Positions 27,242 to 37,818 of a DNA stretch of 64,000 nucleotides are shown here, piece by piece. The first letter of the stretch is position 1, and each line of letters opens with the position of its first letter. The notes under the pieces are model-generated. The model was not told the origin of the DNA and searched no databases. It saw nothing but the letters and a program-made list of their open reading frames with translations. Origin of the DNA: Candidatus Wolfebacteria bacterium GW2011_GWE2_44_13 (lineage in GTDB: Bacteria > Patescibacteriota > Minisyncoccia > UBA6257 > UBA9933); NCBI GenBank assembly GCA_001000675.1, contig LCHW01000001.1, positions 218,294-282,293 of the forward strand, written 5' to 3'. The translations under genes and the position numbers were made by a program.

Positions 27242-29617
27242 ATGAATATATTTCTCATACTCCTTTCTATTGCCATTGCACTCCTTATTGTTATCGGTGT
27301 GCTGTATTTTTTTGTGCGACGAAAGGCGAATAGAGTGCGCATGCAACAAGCGCTTGATTTACACCTATTGTTGCTTCGCTTCCCGCGCATTCAGCGTGCT
27401 GATCAGGAAAAGAAGGACTTTAAAGATGAGATTAATCTTTCTGCGCAGTTGTACAGCACACTCCTTGGATTGAAAGTTCCGTTTGCGCTTGAAACTGCAG
27501 TACATCACGTGGGAGAAGAAATTCATTTTTATGTTGGCGTACCTAAGGGTGCGCTTGATCCAGTTCGTCGACAAATAGAGGGCTTGTTTAAAGATGTGCA
27601 AGTTGAGCCGGCTGACGATTACAATATATTTAATTCTACGGGTGTGAGTGCGGGTATGTATGTAAAACAGCATTATCCATACGCACTCCCTATCCGTACG
27701 TATCAAGAAGCGAATATCGATACATTCTCATCTATTCTCAGTGGATTTTCTAAGGTAAGTGAAATAGGTGAGGGAGCTGCATTGCAAGTTATCGTGCGCC
27801 CTGTTCCTGAATCTTCGAAAAAAACAGTGTTCAAAATGATTGGACAACTGCGACAAGGTGAAAAATTTGAGGACGTGCTTCGTGCTGATAGCGCATTGGG
27901 TGATATACAAAAAGCGCTCGTGGGTAAAAAAGAAGAAACCGTGGGAACTCCCGAGCAACCACGCACGGTGAATGAGGATGCCGTAAAGGCGCTCGAATCA
28001 AAGATTTCTAAGCCACTTGTATTTGCAAACGTGCGTGTTGTTACTTCTGCTATAAATACATTACAGGCAGAAGATATGTTAAGCGGTATTACGCATGGGT
28101 TTGCACAATTTGCCGCCCCTTTCCGACAAGAATTGCGCATTGCTAAGCCAAAACAATTACAAAAGTTTCTTCGGCAGTATTCGTTCCGCGAGTTTGACCA
28201 AGACACTGCTATTTGCTTGAACACAGAAGAAGTTGCGAGCTTATTTCATATGCCTACATCGTCACTCGAAGTTCCGCGTATTAAAATGTTGGAATCACGC
28301 GAATCGCCACCTCCAGAGAATTTGCCAAACGAGGGCACGCTTATCGGGGAGAGCTCTTTCCGTGGTGATGTGAAGAAAATATTTCTTACGCCACAAGACC
28401 GCATGCGCCATGTGTATGCCATTGGTCAAACGGGTACCGGTAAGTCTACCTTGCTTGTGCAGATGGCACTCGAAGATATTAAACAAGGCAAGGGTGTTTG
28501 TATTATCGATCCACACGGAGAGCTTGTTGATAAAACGCTGAGCCTCATCCCTGAACATCGCTATGATGATGTTATTGTGTTTGACCCAGCCGACATTGCA
28601 ACGCCGATGGGATTGAATATGCTCGAATACGATTTTAATAGACCTGAACAAAAGTCCTTTATTGTTGATGAGCTCTACAATATTATGGATAAGTTGTACG
28701 ACATGAAGACGTCGGGTGGTCCGATGTTTGAGTTGTATATGAAAAACGCTATTTTGTTGCTTATGGAAGATGCACGTAATGAGCCAGCAACAATCATGGA
28801 AATTCAACGGTTATTTACCGATGACGCGTTCCGTGAACGAAAGCTTGCGCGTATTCATAATCCTGTGGTTATTGATTTCTGGGAAAAGGAAGCTGCTAAA
28901 TCGACAGGAGAACATTCATTAGCAAACATGTCTTCCTATATTACGTCTAAGTTCAACGTGTTTACGACAAATGATTTTATGCGCCCGATTATCGGACAAA
29001 CGCAATCGTCGTTTAATTTTCGACAGGCAATGGATGAGGGGAAGATTTTGTTGGTGAGCTTGTCAAAAGGAAAAATCGGCGATTTTAACATGGGATTGCT
29101 TGGTATGATTATTGTTGGAAAAATATTGATGGCTGCATTGTCGCGTACGGATATTCCTGAGCATGAACGAAGGGAGTTTAATTTGTATCTTGACGAATTC
29201 CAAAATTTTTCTACGGATGCAATTTCTACGATATTTTCTGAAGCCCGTAAATATGCACTCAGCCTTACGGTTGCGCATCAATATGTAGGGCAGATGACAG
29301 ATAAGATAAAGGCGTCGGTGTTTGGTAACGTTGGATCAAAAATTATTCTTCGCGTTGGTATGGACGATGCAGAAGTGTTTGAAAAAGATCTTATGCCTAC
29401 GTTTACGAAAAATGATTTGGTAAACTTAAAAGCAGGACAGGCATATGCGAAGCCACTTATTAATGGGCAAGTAGTGCGGCCGTTTAACATACAGCTATTT
29501 AATGTGCAGTGGGGCGACCGAGGGCTTGTAGATAAATTGCGCGAGCTTTCTCGTTTGAAATATGGAAAGGATCGGGATAGTGTCGAGGGAGATATTTTGC
29601 GAAGATTACGATTATGA
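27242..29617 (+). CDS. TraD/TrwB/VirD4-like coupling-protein-type P-loop ATPase (T4SS DNA-transfer family) with an N-terminal TM anchor
   Basis: N-terminal TM. Walker A HVYAIGQTGTGKST, then GVCIIDPHGE and Walker B LYLDEFQNF. The 791-aa size fits. The exact subfamily is uncertain and HerA/FtsK-like alternatives are not excluded. Confidence 0.5.
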   Translation: MNIFLILLSIAIALLIVIGVLYFFVRRKANRVRMQQALDLHLLLLRFPRIQRADQEKKDFKDEINLSAQLYSTLLGLKVPFALETAVHHVGEEIHFYVGVPKGALDPVRRQIEGLFKDVQVEPADDYNIFNSTGVSAGMYVKQHYPYALPIRTYQEANIDTFSSILSGFSKVSEIGEGAALQVIVRPVPESSKKTVFKMIGQLRQGEKFEDVLRADSALGDIQKALVGKKEETVGTPEQPRTVNEDAVKALESKISKPLVFANVRVVTSAINTLQAEDMLSGITHGFAQFAAPFRQELRIAKPKQLQKFLRQYSFREFDQDTAICLNTEEVASLFHMPTSSLEVPRIKMLESRESPPPENLPNEGTLIGESSFRGDVKKIFLTPQDRMRHVYAIGQTGTGKSTLLVQMALEDIKQGKGVCIIDPHGELVDKTLSLIPEHRYDDVIVFDPADIATPMGLNMLEYDFNRPEQKSFIVDELYNIMDKLYDMKTSGGPMFELYMKNAILLLMEDARNEPATIMEIQRLFTDDAFRERKLARIHNPVVIDFWEKEAAKSTGEHSLANMSSYITSKFNVFTTNDFMRPIIGQTQSSFNFRQAMDEGKILLVSLSKGKIGDFNMGLLGMIIVGKILMAALSRTDIPEHERREFNLYLDEFQNFSTDAISTIFSEARKYALSLTVAHQYVGQMTDKIKASVFGNVGSKIILRVGMDDAEVFEKDLMPTFTKNDLVNLKAGQAYAKPLINGQVVRPFNIQLFNVQWGDRGLVDKLRELSRLKYGKDRDSVEGDILRRLRL

Positions 29618-29958
29618 TTGTGCCAAACATTATTGCAGACAAATATTTACGGGTAGTACTCGCTGTCAGCTTTGCACTACACAGTGTTATTACCGTACTG
29701 ATGTTAGTAAAGTTTTTGTCGCGACGCGAATCGATTGTGCTTCATTTTGATGTATATCGGGGGATCGATTTTGTGGGTGGGCGCGTTGACTTGATCGGGA
29801 TACTTTTTTCCGGATTTATTATGATTGCACTCAATTTTTTACTTGCCGATTTTCTTTATACACGCGATCGATTCTTTGCGTATGTGCTTTCTTTTGCGAG
29901 TCTGTTACTTGCAATACTGTTCGCCATTTTAATGGTGATTATTTACTCAATTAATTAA
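29614..29958 (+). CDS. small membrane protein, translationally coupled to the ATPase
   Basis: ATGA start/stop overlap with the ATPase gene. Three TM helices. Confidence 0.4.
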   Translation: MIVPNIIADKYLRVVLAVSFALHSVITVLMLVKFLSRRESIVLHFDVYRGIDFVGGRVDLIGILFSGFIMIALNFLLADFLYTRDRFFAYVLSFASLLLAILFAILMVIIYSIN

Positions 29959-29969
29959 TGCGCAAGCGA

Positions 29970-30731
29970 TTATGCCTTTGCAATAACGAGTGCAAGGATT
30001 TGCTTTGCCCCTGCTCGTTTTAACGTACGTGCCGCTTCTGAGAGGGTTGCTCCTGAGGTTGAAACATCATCTATTAAGATGATGTTTTTATTACGAACAG
30101 CATCGGGGCGAGGAATTGCAAACGCGCCATGCATACGTGCAAAGCGTTCGGCATGCGTTTTTTCTTTTGCCTGCGGGTCGTTATTAATGCATTTAACCAG
30201 CAACTCATCGTATGGAAAATGCATGGCATGGGCAAATGCTTGTGCAATATACGCCGATTGATTAAATCCTCGTGTATGCTCCTTGCTTGTGTGTAGGGGG
30301 ATAGGGACGATGATTGGATTGGTAGTGAATATGCGAGGTTGCGGATCGAGCCCTTGCGCATACGTAATAAGAAGAAGCGAAAGCGTTTTTGTGAGGGCGT
30401 GTACTTTTTCGTATTTGCATTGATGAATACAACTACGGACAATGGGGTCGCTGTACTGTGCTGCTGCGCCAAGGAGATAGGGGAATTGAGCAGACAATTT
30501 TTCACTATGATTACAGGTGCGCTTGTTGTTTGCGATGCGCGCGGTACAAATAGGGCATATGAGCGCACTATTTTTAATAATCGCCTGATAACATGGTTTA
30601 CAAATTGGTTCGACTCCGGAATCGAGATATACTTCGCACTGTGCGCAGAGCGGAGGGAAAAGAATGTCGAGTGCGATGCGCGACATGCGTGTACTGAGCG
30701 AAAAGAGATGGTTTAATTTTCCATTTTTCAT
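29970..30731 (-). CDS. comFC: ComF family protein (ComFC-like phosphoribosyltransferase with a double zinc ribbon)
   Basis: N-terminal CxxC...CxxC zinc ribbons and a C-terminal PRTase motif NIILIDDVSTSGATL. The start may lie at 30731 or 30773. Confidence 0.7.
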   Translation of the reverse strand: MKNGKLNHLFSLSTRMSRIALDILFPPLCAQCEVYLDSGVEPICKPCYQAIIKNSALICPICTARIANNKRTCNHSEKLSAQFPYLLGAAAQYSDPIVRSCIHQCKYEKVHALTKTLSLLLITYAQGLDPQPRIFTTNPIIVPIPLHTSKEHTRGFNQSAYIAQAFAHAMHFPYDELLVKCINNDPQAKEKTHAERFARMHGAFAIPRPDAVRNKNIILIDDVSTSGATLSEAARTLKRAGAKQILALVIAKA

Positions 30732-30789
30732 GATTCTATAGTATAGTATATGATATAGCGTTTTAGAACGCATTTATTTTATTGTCATT

Positions 30790-31869
30790 ATGTTCGGAAT
30801 GAAATTATTCGGCTCATCTTCATATCTTGGTGTCGATATCGGCACGACATCTATTAAAATTGTTGAGATAGGGAAGGGGAGTTCCGGCCCGGAATTACAA
30901 AATTACGGTATTTTAGAGAGCTATGGGCACTTGGAGCGCGTGAATAACGCTATTCAAACGAGCTCGCTTAAAATTATGGAAGCGGATACAATCCAGCTTC
31001 TTAAGACACTTATTGCACGTTCGAATTTTAAATCAAAAGAAGTCATCGCTTCCATTCCCTCTTTTGCTGTTTTCATTACGTTATTTGAGATACCGCAAAT
31101 GAAAGATGCTGACATTGCTAAAGCAATGCAGTTTCAAATTGGGCAATATATTCCACTTCCTATTACCGAGGTTTCTATCGATTGGCTTAAAGTGGGTGAA
31201 CGTCAAGATGAGCAGGGCTTTGTGAAAGAGCAAATATTACTCGTTTCTATTCCAAATGAAACTGTTGATAAGTATCGACGTATTTTTTCTGCGGCTGGAT
31301 TGAATTTGCGAGCCATTGAAATAGAAAGCTTGTCGTTGTTGCGCGCTATTTCGGATGCATCAATGCCTCCAACGCTGATTGTGGATATTGGTTCGCGTTC
31401 AACAAACATTGCCGTCGTTGATAAGGGTAACTTGCGCTATAACTATCAGACTGATATGTCGAGTGCAGGTATTACGCAGGCGTTGGCAGGAGGGCTTGGG
31501 GTAAAAATTCGGCGTGCGGAAAAATTAAAACGAGAGCGCGGAATTCTTGGTGGCTCTGAATCGGAGCTATCCACATTGATGATACCGTTTGTTGATGCTA
31601 TACTTAATGAAGTAAAGCGTGCAAAAATAAAGTATGAACAAAGTTTCGGCAACGTCATTACGCAAGTTATTCTTGTGGGTGGTGGCGCGAAGATGCCGGG
31701 GATTGTTCCGTATGCGCAGGAGCAGCTTGGACTTCCGGTTATGATTAGTAATCCGTTTCTTAAAATACATTATCCTCCGTCAATTGAGCCTATTGTTCGG
31801 GATCTTGGCCCAACATTTGCTACTGCTATCGGTCTTGGAATTAAAGAATTTACGGACGGCTCTCTTTAA
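30790..31869 (+). CDS. pilM: type IV pilus assembly protein PilM
   Basis: Actin-like ATPase fold (LGVDIGTTSIKIVEI...). It leads the pilM-N-O series. Confidence 0.8.
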   Translation: MFGMKLFGSSSYLGVDIGTTSIKIVEIGKGSSGPELQNYGILESYGHLERVNNAIQTSSLKIMEADTIQLLKTLIARSNFKSKEVIASIPSFAVFITLFEIPQMKDADIAKAMQFQIGQYIPLPITEVSIDWLKVGERQDEQGFVKEQILLVSIPNETVDKYRRIFSAAGLNLRAIEIESLSLLRAISDASMPPTLIVDIGSRSTNIAVVDKGNLRYNYQTDMSSAGITQALAGGLGVKIRRAEKLKRERGILGGSESELSTLMIPFVDAILNEVKRAKIKYEQSFGNVITQVILVGGGAKMPGIVPYAQEQLGLPVMISNPFLKIHYPPSIEPIVRDLGPTFATAIGLGIKEFTDGSL

Positions 31870-31946
31870 ACGGAGTTGTAAGATCGTATCGCACAAAATA
31901 ATTTCGCCTACCATTTGTATTACATAGCTCTTATCTCTTAATTATT

Positions 31947-32495
31947 ATGCCTTATACACAATCAGCCCTACAAACTGAATTATCACGACAGCGCGAAGCT
32001 GCTGCCGGATGGCCTTGGCGATTAATGACCCTATCGGTTATCGTACTTCTTGCGGTGGTTGCCGTATATCTGGGTATGCGTTTTGGGTTTGAAGAGGCGT
32101 ATTTAAAAGGGGCTCTAGCCGATGAAGAAGCTACGTATGCAGCGACGTTTAAATCGGTAAGTCCTGAAGATCAAAAAAGGGTTTTCGATTTCTATTCTCA
32201 ACTCAGTAATATTGATACGCTGTTGAAAAAGCAGGGGAAGGTTACTCCGTACGCTGTAATTATTGAGCAAAATACGCTTAACGCAATTACATTCTCGAAT
32301 CTAGATATTAAAACAAGCGATACTGCTATTGTCGCGGTTATTGTCGGCAGAACGGCAACATACTCATCGATTGTGCAACAGTTAGGGTTGTTTAAAGCTG
32401 CTCCTGATGTTTCTGATGTAAAGCTGCTTGGTGCTCGGTTTGTTAATCCGACCGATGGCATTAATTTTTCTATCCAGATAACCTTTGATCGATAA
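31947..32495 (+). CDS. pilN: PilN-like type IV pilus assembly protein
   Basis: Single N-terminal TM plus a periplasmic domain. Its position after pilM fits. Confidence 0.5.
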   Translation: MPYTQSALQTELSRQREAAAGWPWRLMTLSVIVLLAVVAVYLGMRFGFEEAYLKGALADEEATYAATFKSVSPEDQKRVFDFYSQLSNIDTLLKKQGKVTPYAVIIEQNTLNAITFSNLDIKTSDTAIVAVIVGRTATYSSIVQQLGLFKAAPDVSDVKLLGARFVNPTDGINFSIQITFDR

Positions 32496-32501
32496 TCCCT
32501 T

Positions 32502-33086
32502 ATGAAATATCTCTCAAAACGATTTGCTAGCATCCTCCTTTCATTTGCTTTTTTTGCGGCGTCACTTGTTGTGTATGCCAATTTAATTCAGCCGACCTAC
32601 GATAACATTAAGGTGGAGCAGGGGAAGCTTATTGCTGCGCAGCAAAAAAATAGCGAATATACGAATGTTTTCACACGCTTAAAACAAGTTTCTACTAATT
32701 TCCAACAATCACCGGAATTACAAAATAGGGTCTCGATGGCATTTCCACTTGATGCGAACGTTTCAGATTCAATGAATCAAATTTCCGCAGTTGCTTTAGC
32801 GAATGGACTCACTATTGCATCAATTGATATTACGAGTGCTCCTGTTATTCCGACTGTTACTAAAAAAGCTGGCGACATTTCCTTTATAAAAGGAACAGGC
32901 GTTCTTAAGAATGCTATTGTTGTAGCAGGAACATACGAAGAAATAAAAGCATTTTTGCAAGGCGTTGAAACGGGTGTGCGTATCGCAAATATTAAGCTTG
33001 TGCGACTCACTCGATCTGCAAATCCGGCTACGCCGGAAATAATTAACGCAAGCGTCGAAATAGAAACCTATTATCAGGCTAAATAA
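32502..33086 (+). CDS. pilO: PilO-like type IV pilus assembly protein
   Basis: N-terminal TM, a coiled coil and a periplasmic domain. Its position after pilN fits. Confidence 0.5.
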   Translation: MKYLSKRFASILLSFAFFAASLVVYANLIQPTYDNIKVEQGKLIAAQQKNSEYTNVFTRLKQVSTNFQQSPELQNRVSMAFPLDANVSDSMNQISAVALANGLTIASIDITSAPVIPTVTKKAGDISFIKGTGVLKNAIVVAGTYEEIKAFLQGVETGVRIANIKLVRLTRSANPATPEIINASVEIETYYQAK

Positions 33087-33095
33087 CTATTACTT

Positions 33096-33389
33096 ATGGC
33101 AATTGTACTTGAAGGAGAAAAAAAGAATATTGATTGGAGTTTTGCGCTCGGGACAGTGGTTGTAGTTGGTATCGTTGGAGCCTCTATAATCTATTTGTTT
33201 TTTGTGAGCCCAGAAACAGTGCAACAACTCACGACTCCTGAGCAACGCACGTTGAGCGAGTTTTCAAAAACTTCTTTTAAGCCTGAAGAAATTTTAAATA
33301 GTGCTGCGTTTCAGGAACTGCGAACTGTGGCGCCGCTTACGAGCCCGACGGAAGAGGAGGTGGGGAAAATAAACCCTTTCCTTCCTTAA
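33096..33389 (+). CDS. small single-TM protein, possibly a PilP-like accessory component
   Basis: 97 aa with one TM helix. It sits last in the pilMNO sub-cluster. Confidence 0.35.
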   Translation: MAIVLEGEKKNIDWSFALGTVVVVGIVGASIIYLFFVSPETVQQLTTPEQRTLSEFSKTSFKPEEILNSAAFQELRTVAPLTSPTEEEVGKINPFLP

Positions 33390-33417
33390 AATTTTCTACG
33401 GCTGGTGCACTCCTTCG

Positions 33418-33498
33418 TTGTGGGCCCCCATTACCTCGGTCGAAGCACTATCGTGCATCTTCCTCGCTAATGCTCCCACGTCTTGTATTGCACTCAAG
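33418..33498 (+). promoter_or_regulatory. Conserved 5' element E2, upstream of pilB
   Basis: A paralogous copy of 27123-27203, with identical 39-bp spacing to the start codon. Confidence 0.55.
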
Positions 33499-33536
33499 CG
33501 TAAAAAATTTCTCAACTTTATTTTCGAACGAACTTT

Positions 33537-35276
33537 ATGGACAACAAAACACTCATTGACGCATTAATTCAAGATGGGCTCCTCGGAGAAATCGAAGGGC
33601 GTAAGGTGCTGCAAGAAGCGGCGCTTGCGCGTCGGCAAGTAGATGAGTTGATTTACGAACAGCGTTTAGTTGATGAAGAACAGCTTGCCATGGAAAAGGG
33701 CAAGCTTTTGAATGTGCCCTATCGAAAAATAGATCCACAAGAAATTCTCGATGATACGCTTAAACTGTTCCCAGAAGAAACAGTGCGTAACTATAAAGTT
33801 ATTCCGATCAGTATTAAGGATGACATGTTAGTGGTGGGGATGATTAACCCAGATGATGCACAGGCCCAGGAGGCGCTTAAATTTATTGCAAAGCAGCGTC
33901 GATTAAATTTGGGAGCATATATTATTACTCAAGCATTGTGGGAGCTTGTTTTACGTCGTTATTCTCCGTATCGAAGTCTTATTGACGAAGCGGTGAAGGC
34001 GAGCACATCACTTGCATCGAAAAATACTGGACCAACACAAGTTGTGCGGCTCGAAGAAAATAAGGGAGCAAGTGCTGACGAAACGCCTATTATCCGTATT
34101 GTATCGACCACACTTAAAGAGGCAGTTTGGGAAAAGGCTTCGGATATCCACATAGAACCACAACGCAATCGTGGGCGTATTCGCTTTCGTATTGACGGTG
34201 AGTTGCGGGAAGTTTCTTCGTTTCCGCTTGTTCTGCACGCATCGATTGTTTCTCGTATTAAAATTCTTGCGAACTTAAAGATAGACGAAACGCGTATTCC
34301 GCAAGACGGACGTTTTCGAACCGTGCTCTTTGGGCGCGATATCGATTATCGTGTTGCTACGTTTCCAACTCCTGTAGGGGAGAAGGTTGTTATCCGTGTG
34401 CTTGACCCATCGACTGGTTTGAAAGGCCTTGAAGATCTTGGATTACGCGGTAAAAATTTACAAACCGTAAAAACAGGGATTGAAAAACCATACGGCGTTA
34501 TTTTGATTACTGGTCCTACGGGATCTGGAAAAAGTACGACACTGTATGCATTGATGCAATTGCTAAATAAAGAAGACATTAACATTGTTAGTCTTGAAGA
34601 TCCAGTTGAATATTACATGGATGGATTAAACCAATCGCAGGTAAAGCCTGAAATCGGATATGACTTCGCCTCTGGTTTGCGACAAATTCTTCGACAAGAT
34701 CCAGATGTTATCATGGTAGGAGAAATCCGCGATGAAGAAACTGCGGGGCTTACTATCCAGGCTGCGTTAACCGGACATATTGTGCTTTCCACATTACACA
34801 CGAACAATTCGGTTGGCGTTATTCCGCGTCTTATGGATATGAAGGTACAGCCGTTTCTTATTCCTGCAGCACTTAACATTATGCTTGCACAGCGATTAAT
34901 AACGCGTTTGTGCCAACAATGCCGTGTGAGTGACGTTGCGTCGCCACAAGTTACAGAAGTTATTAGCCGTGAACTCGCACAGCTATCTCCAGAAATTCGC
35001 AGTGCGTATCCTGCTCAAGGACCCTATTCAGTATTCCATTCTCCAGGATGTGAAGCGTGTAAGGGGAAAGGAGTTTCAGGGCGCCTCGCAGTATTTGAGG
35101 TTATGATCATGACTCCTGAATTGGAAAAGGTTATCAATGAAGGCGCAACCGAAGCCTCGATTCTTGCGGAAGCTCGCCGACAAGGTATGGTTACGATGCA
35201 CCAAGACGGTATTCTTAAGGCGCTTGAAGGTTTGGTTTCAATTGAAGAAGTTTTGCGAGAGACCGTTGAAATGTGA
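33537..35276 (+). CDS. pilB: type IV pilus assembly ATPase PilB (GspE family)
   Basis: N-terminal GSPII_E_N domain, Walker A GPTGSGKST, Asp/His boxes and the tetracysteine motif CxxC...CxxC. Confidence 0.85.
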   Translation: MDNKTLIDALIQDGLLGEIEGRKVLQEAALARRQVDELIYEQRLVDEEQLAMEKGKLLNVPYRKIDPQEILDDTLKLFPEETVRNYKVIPISIKDDMLVVGMINPDDAQAQEALKFIAKQRRLNLGAYIITQALWELVLRRYSPYRSLIDEAVKASTSLASKNTGPTQVVRLEENKGASADETPIIRIVSTTLKEAVWEKASDIHIEPQRNRGRIRFRIDGELREVSSFPLVLHASIVSRIKILANLKIDETRIPQDGRFRTVLFGRDIDYRVATFPTPVGEKVVIRVLDPSTGLKGLEDLGLRGKNLQTVKTGIEKPYGVILITGPTGSGKSTTLYALMQLLNKEDINIVSLEDPVEYYMDGLNQSQVKPEIGYDFASGLRQILRQDPDVIMVGEIRDEETAGLTIQAALTGHIVLSTLHTNNSVGVIPRLMDMKVQPFLIPAALNIMLAQRLITRLCQQCRVSDVASPQVTEVISRELAQLSPEIRSAYPAQGPYSVFHSPGCEACKGKGVSGRLAVFEVMIMTPELEKVINEGATEASILAEARRQGMVTMHQDGILKALEGLVSIEEVLRETVEM

Positions 35277-35362
35277 TAGAATGCATGTAATAGATTCCGT
35301 GTGGCACGATACAATATTTCGTTTAGGCCCATGCGACAATACACAATACATATATTATTTTT

Positions 35363-36436
35363 ATGGATTACAAACAACAGCTAAACGATTTACTTCTCGC
35401 TACCGCAAAACAAAATGCTTCCGATCTTCATATTGGTGTTGGTAAATATCCAATGCTTCGTATTGATGGATTGTTGATTCCGCTCCAAAAAGATGGAGTG
35501 GTTACTCCTGAAGCTGCAACTGGCTTAATTACTGAATTGCTAACGCCACAGCAACTTGAAGTTGTTGATAAAAATCGAGAAATAGATTTTTCGTATACCT
35601 ACGAAGATAAGGCGCGATTTCGTGTAAACGTTTTTTACCAACGGGGTTTTATGGCTGCTGCGTTGCGCTTGATTCCTGCGGATGCGCGAACTATTGAAGA
35701 TCTTGGCTTGCCACCTATTTTGCATGATTTCACGAAACTGTCACAAGGGTTTGTGTTAGTGGTAGGACCTGCAGGACATGGAAAATCTACGACACTCGCT
35801 GCGCTTATTGATGAAATCAACCATGCGCGCACGGAGCATATTATTACTATCGAAGATCCTGTTGAGTATATGTTTGTGCAGGATAAATCAATTGTTTCTC
35901 AACGTGAAGTTTTGAGTGACACGCCCGATTTTCATACCGCGCTGAAGTCGCTACTTCGACAAGATCCTGACGTTGTTATGATTGGAGAAATGCGCGATAA
36001 AGAATCTATTGCCATTGCTATGACTGCGGCAGAAACAGGACATCTTGTATTTTCTACATTACACACAAACTCCGCAGCACAAACCATCGACCGTATCATT
36101 GATAGTTTCCCGCCTGATCAACAGAGCCAAGTTGCTTCACAGTTAGCCGCTACGTTAGTAGGTATTGTTTCGCAGCGATTAGTTCCACGTGTTGATGGAG
36201 GACGCGTTCCTGCGTGTGAAATCATGATTGTGAACTCAGCTATCCGGAACCTTATTCGCGAGCGAAAGGCGTATCAGATCGACCTTGTCATCGAAACCTC
36301 TATGCAGGAAGGTATGACAACCTTAAACAGGGCGCTTTCTACATTGGTGCGTAGTAGGCAGATAGCACTGGAAGAAGCCGAACTATACTCATTGAATGCA
36401 AGTGAGTTGCGCATACTTATCGAGCGTGTAACGTGA
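35363..36436 (+). CDS. pilT: twitching-motility/retraction ATPase PilT
   Basis: About 357 aa, lacking the N-terminal GSPII_E_N extension. Walker A GPAGHGKST and the PilT His box. Confidence 0.85.
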   Translation: MDYKQQLNDLLLATAKQNASDLHIGVGKYPMLRIDGLLIPLQKDGVVTPEAATGLITELLTPQQLEVVDKNREIDFSYTYEDKARFRVNVFYQRGFMAAALRLIPADARTIEDLGLPPILHDFTKLSQGFVLVVGPAGHGKSTTLAALIDEINHARTEHIITIEDPVEYMFVQDKSIVSQREVLSDTPDFHTALKSLLRQDPDVVMIGEMRDKESIAIAMTAAETGHLVFSTLHTNSAAQTIDRIIDSFPPDQQSQVASQLAATLVGIVSQRLVPRVDGGRVPACEIMIVNSAIRNLIRERKAYQIDLVIETSMQEGMTTLNRALSTLVRSRQIALEEAELYSLNASELRILIERVT

Positions 36437-36557
36437 GAAAGCTCGTAAGCTCGTAAGAAAAGAAGCTTGTAAGCAAATACAGACAGAGGTGGCGCGCCGC
36501 GTACTTCACTCACTGCATGCGTTTTACAGGAGGGAATTTAGTTGGAAAATCATACTC

Positions 36558-37769
36558 ATGAAATTTAAATACCAAGCAAGAAATAAAGACGGGGAACTGC
36601 AGGTTGGGTTCGTCGAGTCATATTCGCAAAACGGTGCGGCGGATGTTTTGGTATCACATGGCCTATATGTATTGAGTCTCGAAAATGAATCAAAGGATAA
36701 TTTCTTTGATAAGTTTTTGGCCATGTTTAAGCATGTTTCGTTGACCGATCTCATGATCTTTACGCGACAATTTGCAACGCTTATGGAGGCAAAGGTTTCC
36801 CTTGGAGACTCTATGAAAAATCTCCAAAAGCAAACGCGTAGTGCGATGATGAAAGAGGTAATTTATGAAATCGGTACGGATGTTGATAGCGGCTTGTCGT
36901 TATCGCAGGCACTTGAGCGACAAAAAGACGTTTTTTCTGAATTCTATGTCAGCATGATTCGATCCGCGGAAATAACAGGCCGGCTCGAAGAGGCTATTAT
37001 TTATCTTGCCGAATATATTGAAAAGCAGAAGCTGTGGCGTTCCCGCATTATCAACGCATTGATTTATCCGGCAATTCTTGTGGCCATGTTTCTTGGTATT
37101 GTGGTACTTATGGTCACAATGATCTTGCCGAATATTAAGCCAATCTTAATAGAAGCGGGTGATCTTCCTTGGTACACCGATGTGGTGCTTAACGGAGGTG
37201 ATTTTATTATTGCGTGGTGGTGGATTGCTATTATTGTTATCATTCCTGCAGTCATGTTTTTTCTTGAATATATCCGCAGTGATGAGGGAAAGGTTGTTGT
37301 TGATGAGGTGTTGTTGCGAACGCCGGTGTTTGGGTCGCTTTTTTCAAAAATGTATATCGCACGCTTTGCGGAGTCGCTCGGCATTCTTGTGAAGGGCGGT
37401 ATTCCTATTGCGCAAGCACTCGAAATTACGTCGCGTTCAATTGGGAGTAGCGTGTTTCAAGATATTCTCCATGATGTAAGTGATCGAGTTCGAGGAGGAG
37501 AGCTGCTTTCTGCTGCTCTTGAACGCTATGAGTACTATTTCCCTTCGCTGGTGAGTCAGATGATTGCTATTGGTGAAACAACAGGGCGACTTGAAGAATT
37601 GTTAGGACGTATTGCTATTTTCTATACCCGTGACGTTGATGATATGATGAGTCGGCTTGGTGAGTTGGTGCAGCCACTTATCATCGCAATCATTGGTGTG
37701 TTTGTTGGGTTCTTGTTTGCTTCTATCCTTGTTCCGATATATAATTTAGTTAAGTCGTTTGGCGGATAG
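36558..37769 (+). CDS. pilC: type IV pilus platform protein PilC (GspF family)
   Basis: Two T2SSF repeats with three TM segments. Start at MKFKYQ. Confidence 0.8.
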   Translation: MKFKYQARNKDGELQVGFVESYSQNGAADVLVSHGLYVLSLENESKDNFFDKFLAMFKHVSLTDLMIFTRQFATLMEAKVSLGDSMKNLQKQTRSAMMKEVIYEIGTDVDSGLSLSQALERQKDVFSEFYVSMIRSAEITGRLEEAIIYLAEYIEKQKLWRSRIINALIYPAILVAMFLGIVVLMVTMILPNIKPILIEAGDLPWYTDVVLNGGDFIIAWWWIAIIVIIPAVMFFLEYIRSDEGKVVVDEVLLRTPVFGSLFSKMYIARFAESLGILVKGGIPIAQALEITSRSIGSSVFQDILHDVSDRVRGGELLSAALERYEYYFPSLVSQMIAIGETTGRLEELLGRIAIFYTRDVDDMMSRLGELVQPLIIAIIGVFVGFLFASILVPIYNLVKSFGG

Positions 37770-37818
37770 TCCAAATGTATTTAATAGATATATTTAAAAT
37801 TAAAAAAAATAATCGTTT

